A stretch of 64,000 nt of DNA, from positions 1,612,001 through 1,676,000 of the forward strand of contig JADEYG010000002.1 of NCBI GenBank assembly GCA_016906335.1, in the 5' to 3' direction. Both the position numbers and the translations under genes were made by a program. The DNA is from Novakomyces olei. Taxonomy: Eukaryota. Shown here piece after piece: positions 1 to 12,576 of this stretch. A model generated the notes under the pieces. It was not told the DNA's origin. It saw only the letters and a program-made list of their open reading frames with translations, and did not search any database. Position 1 is the stretch's first letter, and every line of letters starts with the position of its first letter.

Positions 1-1490
1 CCTAAATAAGCCAAGTATTCAAAAGTAGCCTTAAAATCGAGTAAAGCCATCATGCTCCACTGTGCAAGCCACCTGTAAATTGTTAGAAATTGGTATTTTA
101 AAGTAGGAATACCCATTATACGTCACGTAGCCGCTCTCATTTCGAACAGTGCATTCTGGAAACTGATAATGCCGCCAAAGCTGTGGCACACCAGGCGTAT
201 GCTGAAACAAAGCATCCAGTTCTGCAGAATTAAGTGCTCCATCGTTGTCACGATCAAACAAGTAAAAAAGGTCAACTAAAAAGCTGTAGCCTAAGGCACG
301 GATCTCGACACTCTGATTAGGCTTCACGTCCAGCGATGGATGCAAGAAAGCATCACTGAGACTTAGACTGTCAGTATAGTGGAAACTGCGTAAAATCTGC
401 CACGTTGTCTCCTGGCGCCCCTTTTCTGCATAGATCCGATTTAAAGCGATAAAACCTGCTTCTGATATGCCTTTGGACGATATATACGATGGATCAACGC
501 GTGCCACGGCTGATTTCACATCAGTCAGCTCAGCTGCTGGGAGAGACCGCCCGAAACAAGTGTCCTGAATTTGCTGCAGCTCATCGTCATTTAAATACCC
601 ATCTTTATTTTTGTCGCATAAAACTAGGATTAGAAAACAAAATAAAAACGTAGATAAATGAATAAATATGTTTACACATAAATCAAAGTAAACAAGTCTT
701 TTAAATAAATGTTTGTCGTACAGAATACACGTTCCAAGGCAGCAATTGCATCAGGTTTCAGGCATTGTTCCTTCGAGTCCCATAGTGGCGCGAGTGGGTG
801 GGTAACACTGCGTTTGCACAAGTATAATGCCTCATTAATATTTATATGTTCCTTTGCGCTACAATGAACACAGGCCTCAACCTCCTTGAATTCGTGCATT
901 ATGGGCAGCATTTCCTCATGCGTTTTCGAATGAAGGTCTGACTCAGAGCAGTTGTCGCATTTGTTCTCGCATAGTATTACCGGAACATTTACACCACATG
1001 ATCGAAACCAAGGCAGCCAGTAAAGGGAAACGCGCTCGCACGAATAGTTGTCTGCATAGACGAGACATATCACATTAGCCTTGCGTATCTCGCGAACCAG
1101 ACTATCGCGCTCCGAAGGGTCAGCTATAATTTAGAATTCGACCGTGGATATGGAAATGACGAAAATTAAGTAGGAATACAAAGAATGGCAAATCAAAAAA
1201 CCTCAAATAAACCCAAATTAAATAAAGTAAAAAGTGAAAGCCGAAATAAAAATTAGTCAGCCCTTACCTGACGTATCAACAATCACAGTATTGACAGTCT
1301 CGCCGGCCAAAGGATCAGCAGGAATCGATATAACGGGCACGACACGCTGAATGTTCTCCACAAAAGTAGCCTAATATTATCAGTTTCTTGCTTTTAAAAA
1401 AAACGCTATTATTACCTTGACAAAGCACGCAATCAGCGAAGACTTGCCCACACTATCGTCGCCACAGACGACGATGCGTACATCTGACAT
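1..1490 (-). CDS. GEM1: Mitochondrial Rho (Miro) GTPase, multi-exon, 3' end runs off the window
   Basis: ATG at 1490 gives [20 protein letters not shown] (P-loop). Later exons give [47 protein letters not shown], the EF-hand [10 protein letters not shown] and GYVTYNG. GT-AG introns separate the ORF pieces. Confidence 0.95.
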
Positions 1491-1989
1491 GACACACAAA
1501 TCTGTACCTTTACGGCTCACGAGCACATCGTGATTGGTGTGCCAAACGCTTTATACATGTGCCAAATGATTATTTATTTTATTTATTTTTGGCTGCAGTT
1601 TATTCGCAGACAACGAGTATCAGCAAAGCAAGTAATCGTACCTGCCTGATAATGTATGGCACTGTTAACCATAACCCTAGCTCGCGTATTTGGTGCGAGA
1701 GATTAGATCTAGACTTACCGGCCGATAAATTTGCGCTATATAAAAGATGTATTGGAAAAAGGTTGGAATAATATTCATATACAAGTAACGCTTTGTGCTG
1801 AGCACGCGATATGCTCTGATAGGAAACGACCACAATCCTGACAAATAGATTGGCGAATAAAACAAGTGGAAAAAAGAGGGAAAAGAGGGAAAAGAGGAAA
1901 AAAAGAAGAATTAAAAAAAGAATTAAAAAAAAAAAAATAAATCAAAATAAAAAGCATCCCATCTATAAGTGCTTAGCGCTAGCGTCACG

Positions 1990-4900
1990 ATGGCTGTTCA
2001 CGACGTATTCAGGGCGTGCAAGGCCCGTCAGCATGGCGACATTTCTGGTCCCGAGTACCTGACGCCATTGACGCTGGTCCAGCATGCCGGGTTTGCGTTG
2101 TCCGACTCGATCTACAGTTACACAGATGGAGAGTCACCAATTGATACAGATCTGCTTCGTTGGTCCAACGAGCAGCCGTCAGCCACAAAAGCTGTTCGGC
2201 AATTGCAGGCCAGATCAGGTGCCGGCAGTATTGTCCTCGGCGCCGGCTCCAAGTCTGCGACTTGCACAGTCTTTGCTACGACTCCCACATTGGCTCTAAT
2301 GCAGCCGGCGCTGAAAGAGCTTTGCCGTACAAAGCAGCCTGTCGCCCTGCACGTCTCCTCGCTCGAACAGTCTGGGCCGGAGCAAGGGTTTTCCAGCAAT
2401 TACGCAAGTGCTATTCGTGTTGCCCGCGACACGCAATTGGCCCTCGTGTCTTCCAAGTCTGCTTACGAGATTCAGCACATGGCTCTTTTCACACACGTTC
2501 TCTCAAAAGTGCTGCCGACGGCTCACATTTTCGATGGAGTAGACTTTGCGGCACAGATCTCGCGTGTCGTGGACCTGCTGGACGCTAATGCTCTTGCCCG
2601 GACCGCTGCCAAGATAACTGCCTCTGGATTTTTGCGTACAAAGTCCTCTCACGATGCGGATATCGCTGCCAGAATTCTGGCAGAGCTGAATGACGAACTG
2701 GGGACGGGATATGAGCTGTACGAGTACCAGGGCCCCGCTGATCCCGAGCGTATACTCGTTGTTTTCGGATCGGTTGAGGCCGTTTGTGCGGAAAGGGTGG
2801 CATCAAAGTTAGGAGTCGGTGTCCTGAACCTCCGTGTTCTTTTCCCGCTGTCGGAAAACCTGCTCTCGCACGCTATTCCCAAGTCAGTTAAGGAGGTACT
2901 CGTCCTGGGCCAGGTCAATGGCGAGGCCAGCACGGCCTCTCCATTGTACAATGAGGTTGTAGGTGCTCTTGTCCTCGCACGAAGGTACCACGGCCTTAAA
3001 GTTCACGATCTCCAGTACCGCACGGGCACACACTGGACACCTGATCTTTTAGCAGAGACCGTGAGCTCTGCCACCGGACATAGTGTGCCCTTGGCCACCA
3101 CAGTAGCAAATGGAGAAAAGACGCAAGAGCATGCCATCCAGTCGTTTGTCTTTTGGGACAGCGAAAAAAGTGCTACTTCCTCTACCAGTGAGGTACTAGC
3201 GGCCAAGTACGCGGCTGACTCAACTCTGTCTGTGGCCCTGCAGCAGCAGTATGATCACTATTCAGAAGCCGGAATTCTACGTGCCCAGCTGCTCGTTAGC
3301 CGTCGTGAGTTTAATCACCCTTACGCAGTGCGGGAAGCGTCTGCCATCGTTATCGGCGACCTCAAAGTTTTGCGAGCCTATGATGTCACTGCCGCCTTGG
3401 CTGAAGGCGGTGTTGCCATTCTGTACGGCAGTATTACTAATGCAGCGGAGCAGTTGCCTGCCCAGTTTTTGCAGGGTATTGTCGACAAAAGGGCAAGGCT
3501 TTACACTGTCGACGCCAGTCGTATTGCTCAAGTCGACCGGCACGATAGTGCAAACGGAATAGTATTGCAGCTGGCGACACTGACACTTAATGGTGTTTCA
3601 ACGCTCGGCCTTTTGGACCAAGTGTGCCGTCTCAACAGCGCGGACGGTGGAGATGGATCGGATATCCGGCCCGAAGTTTCACGTATACTAGAGCAGCTGG
3701 AAAAGGCGATTGAGCCTCTGTATTTGACCAAGGAGGGGCTGGATACAGCTGGGACTGATGGCGAGGATATTGATGAAAAGGAAAAGGAAAAGGAAAAAGT
3801 GGATGATAAGGACACAAAGGAGAATGATGATACTGGAGCAAGTTTGGAACCTGCTAAAGAGGCCAAAGAGAAGGGCGATAAAAGTGTTGCTGCGGAAAAG
3901 GCCGGCCATAACTCCGATCCCGCTTACACTCGTTTACCGACACTATTCAGAGGCAATTCGTTTACTGCTGTCGATGTGGCGGCAGAGATTGAAGAAGAAG
4001 ATCAGCGTGAGCTTGACCCCGTCAACGGCAACTGGACAAAGGCGGCCAAGCAGCTTCTTTTCAAGGAAGCCTTTGCTACCCAGCAAGTTGCTCGACCTGA
4101 TATTTCAACAAAGACCTTTGTCACGCGTATCCAGTCGAACAAGCGGCTGACTCCGCTCGAGTATAGTCGCAATATTTTCCATATCGAGTTCGACATAACC
4201 GGCACTGGCTTAAAGTATGAGATTGGTGAGGCATTGGGCGTGTACGGGCACAATAATTTGGCCATGGTACGCGAATTTATTGCCGAGTATGGAGGCCTGA
4301 ATGAGCAAGACGTGGTCCAAGTACCCTCCCTTCAGGATCCCTCTGTTTTGGAGACGCGTACGCTGCTACAAGCGCTGCAGCAAAACGTGGACCTGTTTGG
4401 CAAACCTCCGAAACGGTTCTACGAAGCGTTGGCAAAATTTGCGACCAGTGAGGCTCAAGAACTGCAGCTGCGTACTTTGGCAGGATCAGAAGGAGCTATG
4501 GAGTTTAAGCGCCGTAGTGACATTGATACGGTAACTTTTGCGGATTTACTACTAGAGTTTGACTCTTGCCGGCCGCCTGGAGCAGAGCTGTGTGCACTAT
4601 TGCCACCGGTTAAAAGACGAGAGTACTCTATCGCTTCCAGTCAAAAAGTTCATCCCAACAGTGTCCATTTACTCGTTGTTGTTGTGGACTGGAAAGATCC
4701 ACGGGGCCGGGATCGGTTTGGTCAATGTTCACATTTCTTGTCGCGATTGGATATTGGTGCAGAGGTTACTGTAAGTGTAAAGGCCTCGGTTATGCGCCTG
4801 CCTCCGCGCACAACGCAGCCTATTATTATGGCCGGACTGGGTACGGGTCTGGCGCCTTTCCGGGCCCTTGTTGAGGAACGAACGTGGCAAAAGAATCAAG

Positions 4901-5277
4901 GACACGAAATTGGGCCCGTAATACTGTACATGGGGTCCCGACACAAGCGGGAGGAGTACTTGTACGGAGAGGAATGGGAGGCTTATAAGGATGCTGGTAT
5001 TATTACTCTGCTGGGACAGGCGTTTTCCCGAGATCAGCCGCAAAAGATATACATTCAAGACGTTATGCGGTCCACTATAGATGAGATTGCTGATGCTTTT
5101 GCTGTCAAGGAGGGTTCGTTCTACCTCTGCGGGCCGACTTGGCCTGTTCCTGAAGTCACTGCAGTACTGGAAGAAGTGTTGCAGCTGGACGCAGACAAGA
5201 CTGGCGCAAAGATTGATACGCGCCGGCGTATAGAGGAGCTAAAGGAAGCCGGACGGTACGTTTTGGAAGTATACTAG
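1990..5277 (+). CDS. MET10: Sulfite reductase (NADPH) flavoprotein alpha subunit
   Basis: N-terminal PFOR-like domains. The C-terminal FAD/NADPH module has RREYSIASS, GQCSHFL, MAGLGTGLAPFR, AFSRDQPQKIYIQD, FYLCG and GRYVLEVY. The first in-frame ATG is at 1990. Confidence 0.95.
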   Translation: MAVHDVFRACKARQHGDISGPEYLTPLTLVQHAGFALSDSIYSYTDGESPIDTDLLRWSNEQPSATKAVRQLQARSGAGSIVLGAGSKSATCTVFATTPTLALMQPALKELCRTKQPVALHVSSLEQSGPEQGFSSNYASAIRVARDTQLALVSSKSAYEIQHMALFTHVLSKVLPTAHIFDGVDFAAQISRVVDLLDANALARTAAKITASGFLRTKSSHDADIAARILAELNDELGTGYELYEYQGPADPERILVVFGSVEAVCAERVASKLGVGVLNLRVLFPLSENLLSHAIPKSVKEVLVLGQVNGEASTASPLYNEVVGALVLARRYHGLKVHDLQYRTGTHWTPDLLAETVSSATGHSVPLATTVANGEKTQEHAIQSFVFWDSEKSATSSTSEVLAAKYAADSTLSVALQQQYDHYSEAGILRAQLLVSRREFNHPYAVREASAIVIGDLKVLRAYDVTAALAEGGVAILYGSITNAAEQLPAQFLQGIVDKRARLYTVDASRIAQVDRHDSANGIVLQLATLTLNGVSTLGLLDQVCRLNSADGGDGSDIRPEVSRILEQLEKAIEPLYLTKEGLDTAGTDGEDIDEKEKEKEKVDDKDTKENDDTGASLEPAKEAKEKGDKSVAAEKAGHNSDPAYTRLPTLFRGNSFTAVDVAAEIEEEDQRELDPVNGNWTKAAKQLLFKEAFATQQVARPDISTKTFVTRIQSNKRLTPLEYSRNIFHIEFDITGTGLKYEIGEALGVYGHNNLAMVREFIAEYGGLNEQDVVQVPSLQDPSVLETRTLLQALQQNVDLFGKPPKRFYEALAKFATSEAQELQLRTLAGSEGAMEFKRRSDIDTVTFADLLLEFDSCRPPGAELCALLPPVKRREYSIASSQKVHPNSVHLLVVVVDWKDPRGRDRFGQCSHFLSRLDIGAEVTVSVKASVMRLPPRTTQPIIMAGLGTGLAPFRALVEERTWQKNQGHEIGPVILYMGSRHKREEYLYGEEWEAYKDAGIITLLGQAFSRDQPQKIYIQDVMRSTIDEIADAFAVKEGSFYLCGPTWPVPEVTAVLEEVLQLDADKTGAKIDTRRRIEELKEAGRYVLEVY

Positions 5278-5585
5278 GCTTAAACAGGGCATTAGGTTTA
5301 ATAAAGTTTATATCTCGCAATTTTTCCAAGATTCGTGCAGTCTTGGTTAGTATCAATTACTCTTGATTGCCCACTGGATTGAAGCGTGCTTGGTTATGTG
5401 GAGGGTAATGTGTAGGGAAAATCGGATTGTAGATTGTAGATCTTGGACCATCATCATTAATTGATTATAAATGGCGGATAATTATATAAATTTCTACGTC
5501 AAGCGTCAATACTGCCTATGCGTGCATCCATTACTCCGTACGAGACTGCCATCTGAGGCGCGTTAAATTGTTTCGTAGCCACTCG

Positions 5586-5990
5586 CTAGTGCAGAACGCG
5601 TCTTGTCTCGTGTAATAGTTCTGTTTCCGTTGCAGCCTGTAGAATACAGAGCCCTGGAGCGTCGCCGATAATGCTTAGTAATTCAGACACGGCCAATTTG
5701 GACGCGTCTTGACGGCCAAAATCACTTTCAGCAGAGTCTGACAGTAGAGGCAGACTCTGTGAGAGCGCCTTTGCAGCCTCGTACCCTCCTTCGCCTGCGC
5801 GACTCGGCCGCGGAGGGGTTAAAGTATGTTCGGATCCACTGTCGGAGTCTGACTGCCACGGAACGCTGTTGGAAATCACATCGCACGAAAAGTTCTTTTT
5901 GGCCGTTTGGGACCTATGCGACTCGTCATTTTGTTTGCGTTTAAGTACTGGCGCGCGGTTCGTCACGTCTGACAGTGGACGCGTCGCCAT
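5586..5990 (-). CDS. Hypothetical protein (134 aa)
   Basis: ATG-initiated ORF with GC-richer coding-like composition between AT-rich flanks. No family recognised. Confidence 0.35.
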   Translation of the reverse strand: MATRPLSDVTNRAPVLKRKQNDESHRSQTAKKNFSCDVISNSVPWQSDSDSGSEHTLTPPRPSRAGEGGYEAAKALSQSLPLLSDSAESDFGRQDASKLAVSELLSIIGDAPGLCILQAATETELLHETRRVLH

Positions 5991-6000
5991 ACATCTCGTA

Positions 6001-6112
6001 TTATATTTATTTATATTTATTTATTTATATTTATTTATTTATTTATATTTATTTATTTATATTTATTTATTTATTTATTTATTTATATTTATTTATTTAT
6101 ATTTATTCATAT
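6001..6112. repeat. Imperfect (TATT)n/(TATTTA) microsatellite
   Basis: About 110 bp made almost entirely of TATT/TATA units. Confidence 0.9.
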
Positions 6113-6799
6113 TATTTGGCTAGACTACTCGCAGCAATATCATGTCACCCGACTAACCCTAACCGTGCATGAATATTTTTAATTAAATTTACTTTTTTTT
6201 TTTTTTTCAAAATATGCGAATGCTAGCCAAGCGTTTTAGGTTTGGCCATAATAATATCGACAATAACAAGCGACATTGATAGGTTTGCTCAATACTATAT
6301 TATATATACTATTGTCGCATAATAGAACTTAAACGAAAGGTTCTATTGCTTCTACCAGAAAATTCGATCAAAAAACAGACACAGCAACATTCTACAAGCA
6401 TTAATAGCAAACAATGTTCCATAAAACTATCATATTATATGATACTGAAAAAATCAATGTTTCTTTGTTTCTTAGCGAGGTACTATGCCTTGCCAGTGAT
6501 GTTCCTCGCCTTTCACGAAAGAGCACTAAGTGTTTATTTTGCGATATCATATTATATCGTCTGACAGCATCAGTCTATGTCCGCACCCTAATAGTTCCTT
6601 TGCTGTTCAAAGGTGCATTAGTGAGAAAGTCGATTCTGCTTTACGTGCCGCAGTGCTTTCTGGCCAGCGATAAATGCAACCACACTCACAGGCGCAGAAA
6701 ACATTAGAAGCTGAGGCAAGATGAGTAATCGCCAGTATAAGAAGAGAAGCCCTTCAATTGCAAACACAGACGAAATGAATAATGGAACGAAACTGGTGC

Positions 6800-7776
6800 T
6801 TTTGAAAGAGCCGAGCCCGCATCTTTGACGTTTGCTTCAAGAGAAAGCCACTAAGATTAGCTTCAATGTAACAGGGCACGAAACCATCGGTCCGTAGCCA
6901 TATGAAAGGCACCGAGGCCAAGGACAAAATGGAATAATAATCTTGAAAAAAAATATAGATTTTAATCGGTTTGAACGAACAAAAAATTTTAAAATTAAAA
7001 AACAAATAATCAAATAAAAAGATGTGCTGAAAGCATGCTTACCAAGCCGCCCAGAAACTGCAGTGCAATCAAATTAGCCCCGGCAAATACAGCGGACACA
7101 ATGCGATTGAGCATAGATAGAGAAGGCTGAAATAGAGGAGAAATCGTGGGTTTGGGTCCGTATTTCACGGGACTTGGTGCATGCGCAAACGGCCCAGATG
7201 GATCAATTGTAGGAGTAAAAGCGATAATTTCACGAGCAAAAAGTTCAGCATCTCCCGTCGAGGCTAGAGCTACCGAGACTGTCAGTGGGTGCTCTGCATG
7301 CAATTGTGGCAGCGGAAGTTCCGACATCACCTGTCGTTAGACCAGATTTAAAACTACAATGCCTTATCAAACGCAATTCATGACGTACAAAAGAAGTGCT
7401 AGCCTTCCCATCGAGCTTGAGGCTCAGGGCCAAAGTGCTCTGGAGCCGTTTGTCGCGGTCCTCACTAATAAGGAAAGCCTGATGAGGTCTTTCCGGCCCG
7501 GACTCGCTTCGTGCAGCCGTGAGACTGACAGTGATTATATCCGTCTGTGCCATATGCAGGTCGTCCAGTCGCGTGTCGGTGGACAGACTGCCCAGGGTCA
7601 GCAAGGCGAAGCGTCATTGCCCAAACTAAAACTTACCCAGACGCTTTTCGCGTCGATCCTTGGCCGTTTTAAATTGCTAATTTTCCATCAGTGAACGTCC
7701 GTTTGTCGGCGGCAATGGCCGTCTGCACCGCGCAAATCAGAGCAATGGGTGACAGAGCCAAATGCTGCAAAGCCAT
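6800..7776 (-). pseudogene. SWP1: Oligosaccharyltransferase subunit Swp1/ribophorin II-like gene, apparently disrupted
   Basis: Spliced model: ATG 7776 with signal peptide MALQHLALSPIALICAVQTAIAA, then FTDGKL; intron 7636-7588; exon with RPHQAFL...GKA; exon ~7330-7044 with PVKYGPKPTISPLF..IVSAVF and a TM helix. There is an in-frame TAA at 7671-7669, and the last exon has no coherent frame. The 3' end is approximate. Confidence 0.7.
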
Positions 7777-8035
7777 GCTGCCTGTGGCCTTTAGCTGATG
7801 ATTTATATGAAATATCGTTGAGCAATTCGAATGGGTACTAATATTATAATATAGGAATACTGAAATTTACAATATAATATAGTGAATACTCAATATTTAA
7901 CAAAATATTTCTAGTACCAAGCTATAACCCTAAAATGTAATAAATGTGCGTAAACGCGCTGTTCACAGTTTAGTCTTAAATTTATTTTATTTTATTTTAT
8001 TTTATTTTAATATTCCATTTCAACCCGTATGCATT

Positions 8036-9931
8036 ATGCTGGGAACTACGGGCAGCAGCGGTAGAGGCTCCTTCGGCAAGCAGGGCCATTCCTCTCGAGG
8101 CGGCGGCTATGTGATCTCACCTCACCGGTTTGCCCCTCGGTCTCATTCGTGGCTCGCTTCGCCGCCGGCGCGGATGGCCTTGGTTCTTTTTGCAGCGATC
8201 TCTATATTTCTCCTGAGTCGGCAGTTACTAGCATTGATCTTCCCGCTTATCGGGCATTCATTCGGCAGCGATTTAGCCGCGTACGATGACCCTACTGTTC
8301 CAAGCGTCCACCATTATGATTTGAATCAGGCGCAGGGAACTGCTCGTGGCTGGGAAAGAGGCGAACGTGTCCTGTTCCTCGTTCCTTTACGCGATGCTGC
8401 CGCTCATTTGCCCATGTTTTTCTCGCACATGCGCAACCTGACGTACCCGCACAACCTGGTGGATCTCGCGTTCCTCGTATCCGACTCCAAGGACGATACG
8501 GTGGGCCTGCTACACGCCTACGCGGAGAGGCTGCAGTCTGACCCTAACCCTAACATGCATTTTGCAGATATTGTTGTGCTGGAAAAGGACTTTGGTGCTG
8601 CCGTGGGACAAGGGTTTTCTGACCGGCACGGGTTTGCTGCGCAGGGCCCGCGGCGTAAACTGATGGCGCGTGCTCGCAATTGGCTGCTGACAGCGGCACT
8701 AAAGCCGTATCATTCTTGGGTTTATTGGAGAGACGCAGATGTGGAAATTGCTCCGGCTTCTATCCTGGAAGACCTGATGCAGCATGATCGCGATGTTATA
8801 GTGCCAAACGTTTGGCGGCCATTGCCAGACTGGCTCGGCGGAGAACAGCCGTACGACTTGAACTCTTGGCAGGAGTCTGAGACGGCTCTGCAATTGGCTC
8901 GGACTTTGGATGAAGATGCAGTAATCGTGGAAGGGTACGCCGAGTACGCCACTTGGCGCCCACATTTGGCTTACTTGCGCGACCCGTATGGCGACCCGAA
9001 CGATGCAATGGACCTGGATGGGATTGGAGGTGTTAGCATCCTCGCTAAAGCACACGTGTTCCGCGCAGGCGCGCATTTTCCTGCATTTTCGTTTGAAAAG
9101 CACGCTGAAACTGAAGGGTTTGGAAAGGTGAGTGCTGTTGTTGGATTGGGTTTGCATGCTTGGATTGTTTAACCGGGCCTCTAGTTTGTGTATACAGTTT
9201 TCTGTGTTGATTTAGTTTACATCTCTGATTCTGATCATCTTTTTGTTTTCTTTGCCGCTTTTTTATTTATTTATTCTTATTTTTATATTTTATTATATTA
9301 TATTATTTTATTTTATTTTATTTTATTCTTCTCTCTACCCCTCTTTTACTTTTCTCGAGCTGTACGTTTACTCTGTCAAACACCTCTAATGTATCAGATG
9401 TGTCGGCGAATGGGGTTCTCTGTCGTGGGCCTGCCTCACTATGTCGTCTGGCACTTGTACGAGCCGTCCGTGGACGATCTGAAATATATTGCAGAGCAGG
9501 AAGCCAAGAGGATAGAAGAAGAACGGGCGGACCAGAGCCGGGCCGCGCGAGAAATTGCAGGTAAAGTAGCACAATCCCAATGGGCTCAAGACAGGGAGCG
9601 GATTAGCCTATTGGAGACCAATCCAGAAGAGTTTGCGCGACAGGATAAAGCTCAGCAAAACCAGGTGGCCGATTTACAGTCGGGCGTGCAAGACGGAACT
9701 GCTGGTGGAGCTGCAAATAGTCCTAATAATGCCGGTGCCAAATCAGGCAAGGCACAGGGAGCCGGGCACAGTTCAGGAGATAGGTCTAGTAATAGCTGGG
9801 CTGGCAGTGATAAAGGACCTGTAGCCCGTGTGCCTTCAGAGCCTATTCAAAATGCTAACCCAGCTTTTAACCCGATAGATGATGCCCAAGAAGGGTCAGA
9901 ACCGGCCAACGAGGATCATGAAGGCCATTAG
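8036..9931 (+). CDS. ANP1: Golgi mannan polymerase subunit, Anp1/Van1/Mnn9 family (GT62)
   Basis: Type II TM anchor, then PLRDA, LTYPHNLVDLAFLVSDSKD, RRKLMARARNWLL, YWRDADVE and YDLNSW. Intron 9128-9397 joins ETEGFGK to MCRRMGFSVVGLPHYVVWHLYEPS. Confidence 0.9.
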
Positions 9932-10576
9932 CCGTATTCGTTGGAGCATTAGTTTACGGTTGTATTCCAAGCATCATGGAAGCTTCATTCTTTATTATTT
10001 GAAAGATACGTGAGCCGTATTCGATACCACTAATTGCAAAAGACATCATGAAATAGGACGCAAAATTGCGAAATTTTGGTACTGGGTCGGCTTCAACTTT
10101 ATCGATACACTTTGCTGTGCTTTACCATTGTTTCTAGATATTCGTACCAAGTGGGTGTTTTAATCGAGTTTTTTAAAATTTTCGTCTTCACACTAGGCTT
10201 TTCAAAGTGGATTTGATTGAACATTTGTAAAGAATAGATTTTTAGTGTGAGATTTAGTGTGACTATTTCCGCTGTATTTGCAAACGAGAAATCTATCATA
10301 ATTAGCACGCCTTGATAATGGCGATAATTTATAAACTGATGGCAATTAATATACTGATGTGTAGAATATTTTGATGGTAGTTAATTAAGCAGCTAACTAG
10401 TTGTTAAACTAACGATCTAATTAATACCAATTTTCCTAAATAATCAAACAGAATAAATAAACAAATGATTTGATAAGATTAAATATTATACGAAACAAAA
10501 AAATAAAATTAAAGGTTTTTTTTAGGCTGTCCCTTCCACTAATGATTTATATAATTAAACCAAAGAGCCATTACAT

Positions 10577-12576
10577 TTAATGCACACTCTTTGCCGATGA
10601 AATAGGAGTCTCTGTCAAATTCTGATCAGCAGGGAACGTCGACTCTGCCGGATACTTTTGACCAAAACTGGTCGGCGATTGAGCAGCAGCCACGGCAGAA
10701 GAATCACCCCCTTCTGGCTTCCAAAACTGACGGTCTCCATGGCAAGCACGAACCAACCAGCGGGGCAGAATGCCGCCCTTGGGTTTGAATGTCCAAATGT
10801 CTCTTTCGTCATAATTAATAGGAACAATACGTCCTCCGGAAACTTTCTGCAGGGCCCATGCAATACCGTTTATGATGATATAAGAGCAGATCCCTCCAAT
10901 AAGCCCATAGGCAATGGAAAAAGTGTAAGGCATGAGTGCAAGCGTCAAAAACGCAGGTACTGCATCCCCATAATACGACCAGTTTATGGCAGAAATAGCA
11001 CGTGTCATCATCGACCCGACGATAACGAGGGTACCTCCGGTGGCCCAAACGGGAATTGACGAAAATATAGGCGCAAAAAACAGGGAACAAAAGAAACAAA
11101 TCCCGATAGTAATAGCAGTCAAACCTGTTTTACCACCATCCTCAATACCGGATCCAGACTCGATGAACGCCGTAACGGGACTGCACCCGAAAATGCTGCT
11201 GAAACTAATAGCAAAAGCGTCTACTATATAGGCTGTAGCCGAACCCTCAAAGTCCTGAGTCTCCTCATCAACGAGACCCGAGTAGGCGGCCATAGCGTAA
11301 AGCGTCCCCGTCGTATCCAGCACATCAACGTACAAGAACGTTACCAGCGCGATCCAAAACTGGCCTGCACTAGCGTCCCAATCGAAGACGCTCAGTACTT
11401 TTTGTATAGGGTGAAAGTGCACAATAGTCTTGAAATAATCAAAGTTACTGTTTCCCACGGGAGTGTCCGGGAAAAGTGCCACCGGCGTCGATCTCGGCCA
11501 GGAGGAGATAGACACGAGGATTATACCCACTAAAAACGCGCCTCTGATCCGGTACATGAGCATTAAAACAATCAGGATGCCACCGACAAAGATTCCGAGC
11601 CATACTTTCCCACTCTGCAATATATGGGACATACATTCTCCCGTCTTAGGGTCCATATATTTGGAAGGGCAGCCTGCTAGACCCAGCAGGGTTGTCTTGT
11701 TAGAACCAATAACCCCAATGCCAGCATGAGTTTTCAAGCCAATAAGGGCAATGTAGAGTCCAATGCCTGCTCCAGTGGCGGCTTTAAGACTGGTCGGGAT
11801 TACACGCGCCAACCACTGCCGCATGCCAAGAATTGCCAGTAGAGCAAATATCATTCCCTCGATAAAGACAGCCGACAGTGCTTTCTCGTAAGAGACGGCA
11901 CCCGATCCGTGGAAGCCAACAACTTGGTAAGCGAAGTACGCATTCAAACCCATTCTGGATTAGGGTTAGTCAATTGAAGAAGACAGATATATACTTTAAG
12001 AATAAAAGAATGAATGAAGATTTTGAATGATAAAATATAAAGTTGAAGTTTTGAAATAAATAGGCAATGCACAATAGAATACAATTGCACGCTTACAAAA
12101 CTGACTGATCAAATTCTATCGATAAAAACATTCATAAAAACTGAAAACGAAAAAAAGAAAACACATATAAATCCATATACATACCCGGGACCGACACCAA
12201 GAGGCAAGTTGGCAAAAAGGCCCATAGTGAGCGACGAAAACCCGCACACGATCGCCGTAGACGTAACGAGATCACGTCGTACAATATTAACACAGGCCAA
12301 GTACTCCTTGTCAGCAGAGCAAAAAGGATCATCAGCTGTCGGCTGGCAAACGCAAGTTCCTCCAGTGTCAGAGATGATGGCCGAGTTCACTGCGAGGATG
12401 TACGCCATGGCAGCAAAAGTAGTCAGCCCAGCTCGAATTTCAGACGTGAATACAGAGCCATATCGCTGATACGGTCTCATAGAACGAGGTGCCTCGAGTC
12501 GGAACCAATTCCCAAACTTTGAATGCGCCACATTGTCATTCAGGCGGTCTATTGCATTCGTGATCTTGGACCCCAT
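10577..12576 (-). CDS. AzgA-family adenine/guanine/hypoxanthine permease
   Basis: EIRAGLTTFAAMAYILAVN, ANLPLGVGPG|MGLNAYFAY, DVLDTTGTL and SPVTAFIES.SGI.GG.TGLTA. One intron at ~11955-12184. Confidence 0.93.

Noticed and set aside
1775-2062. Lys-rich and Phe-rich short ORFs upstream of MET10
   Set aside because: These are artefacts of an A-rich low-complexity tract.
5869-6172. YLFI-repeat ORFs
   Set aside because: They are translations of the (TATT)n microsatellite.
9188-9397. Hydrophobic N-terminus of the 247-aa ORF
   Set aside because: It lies inside the T-rich ANP1 intron; only 9398-9931 is coding.
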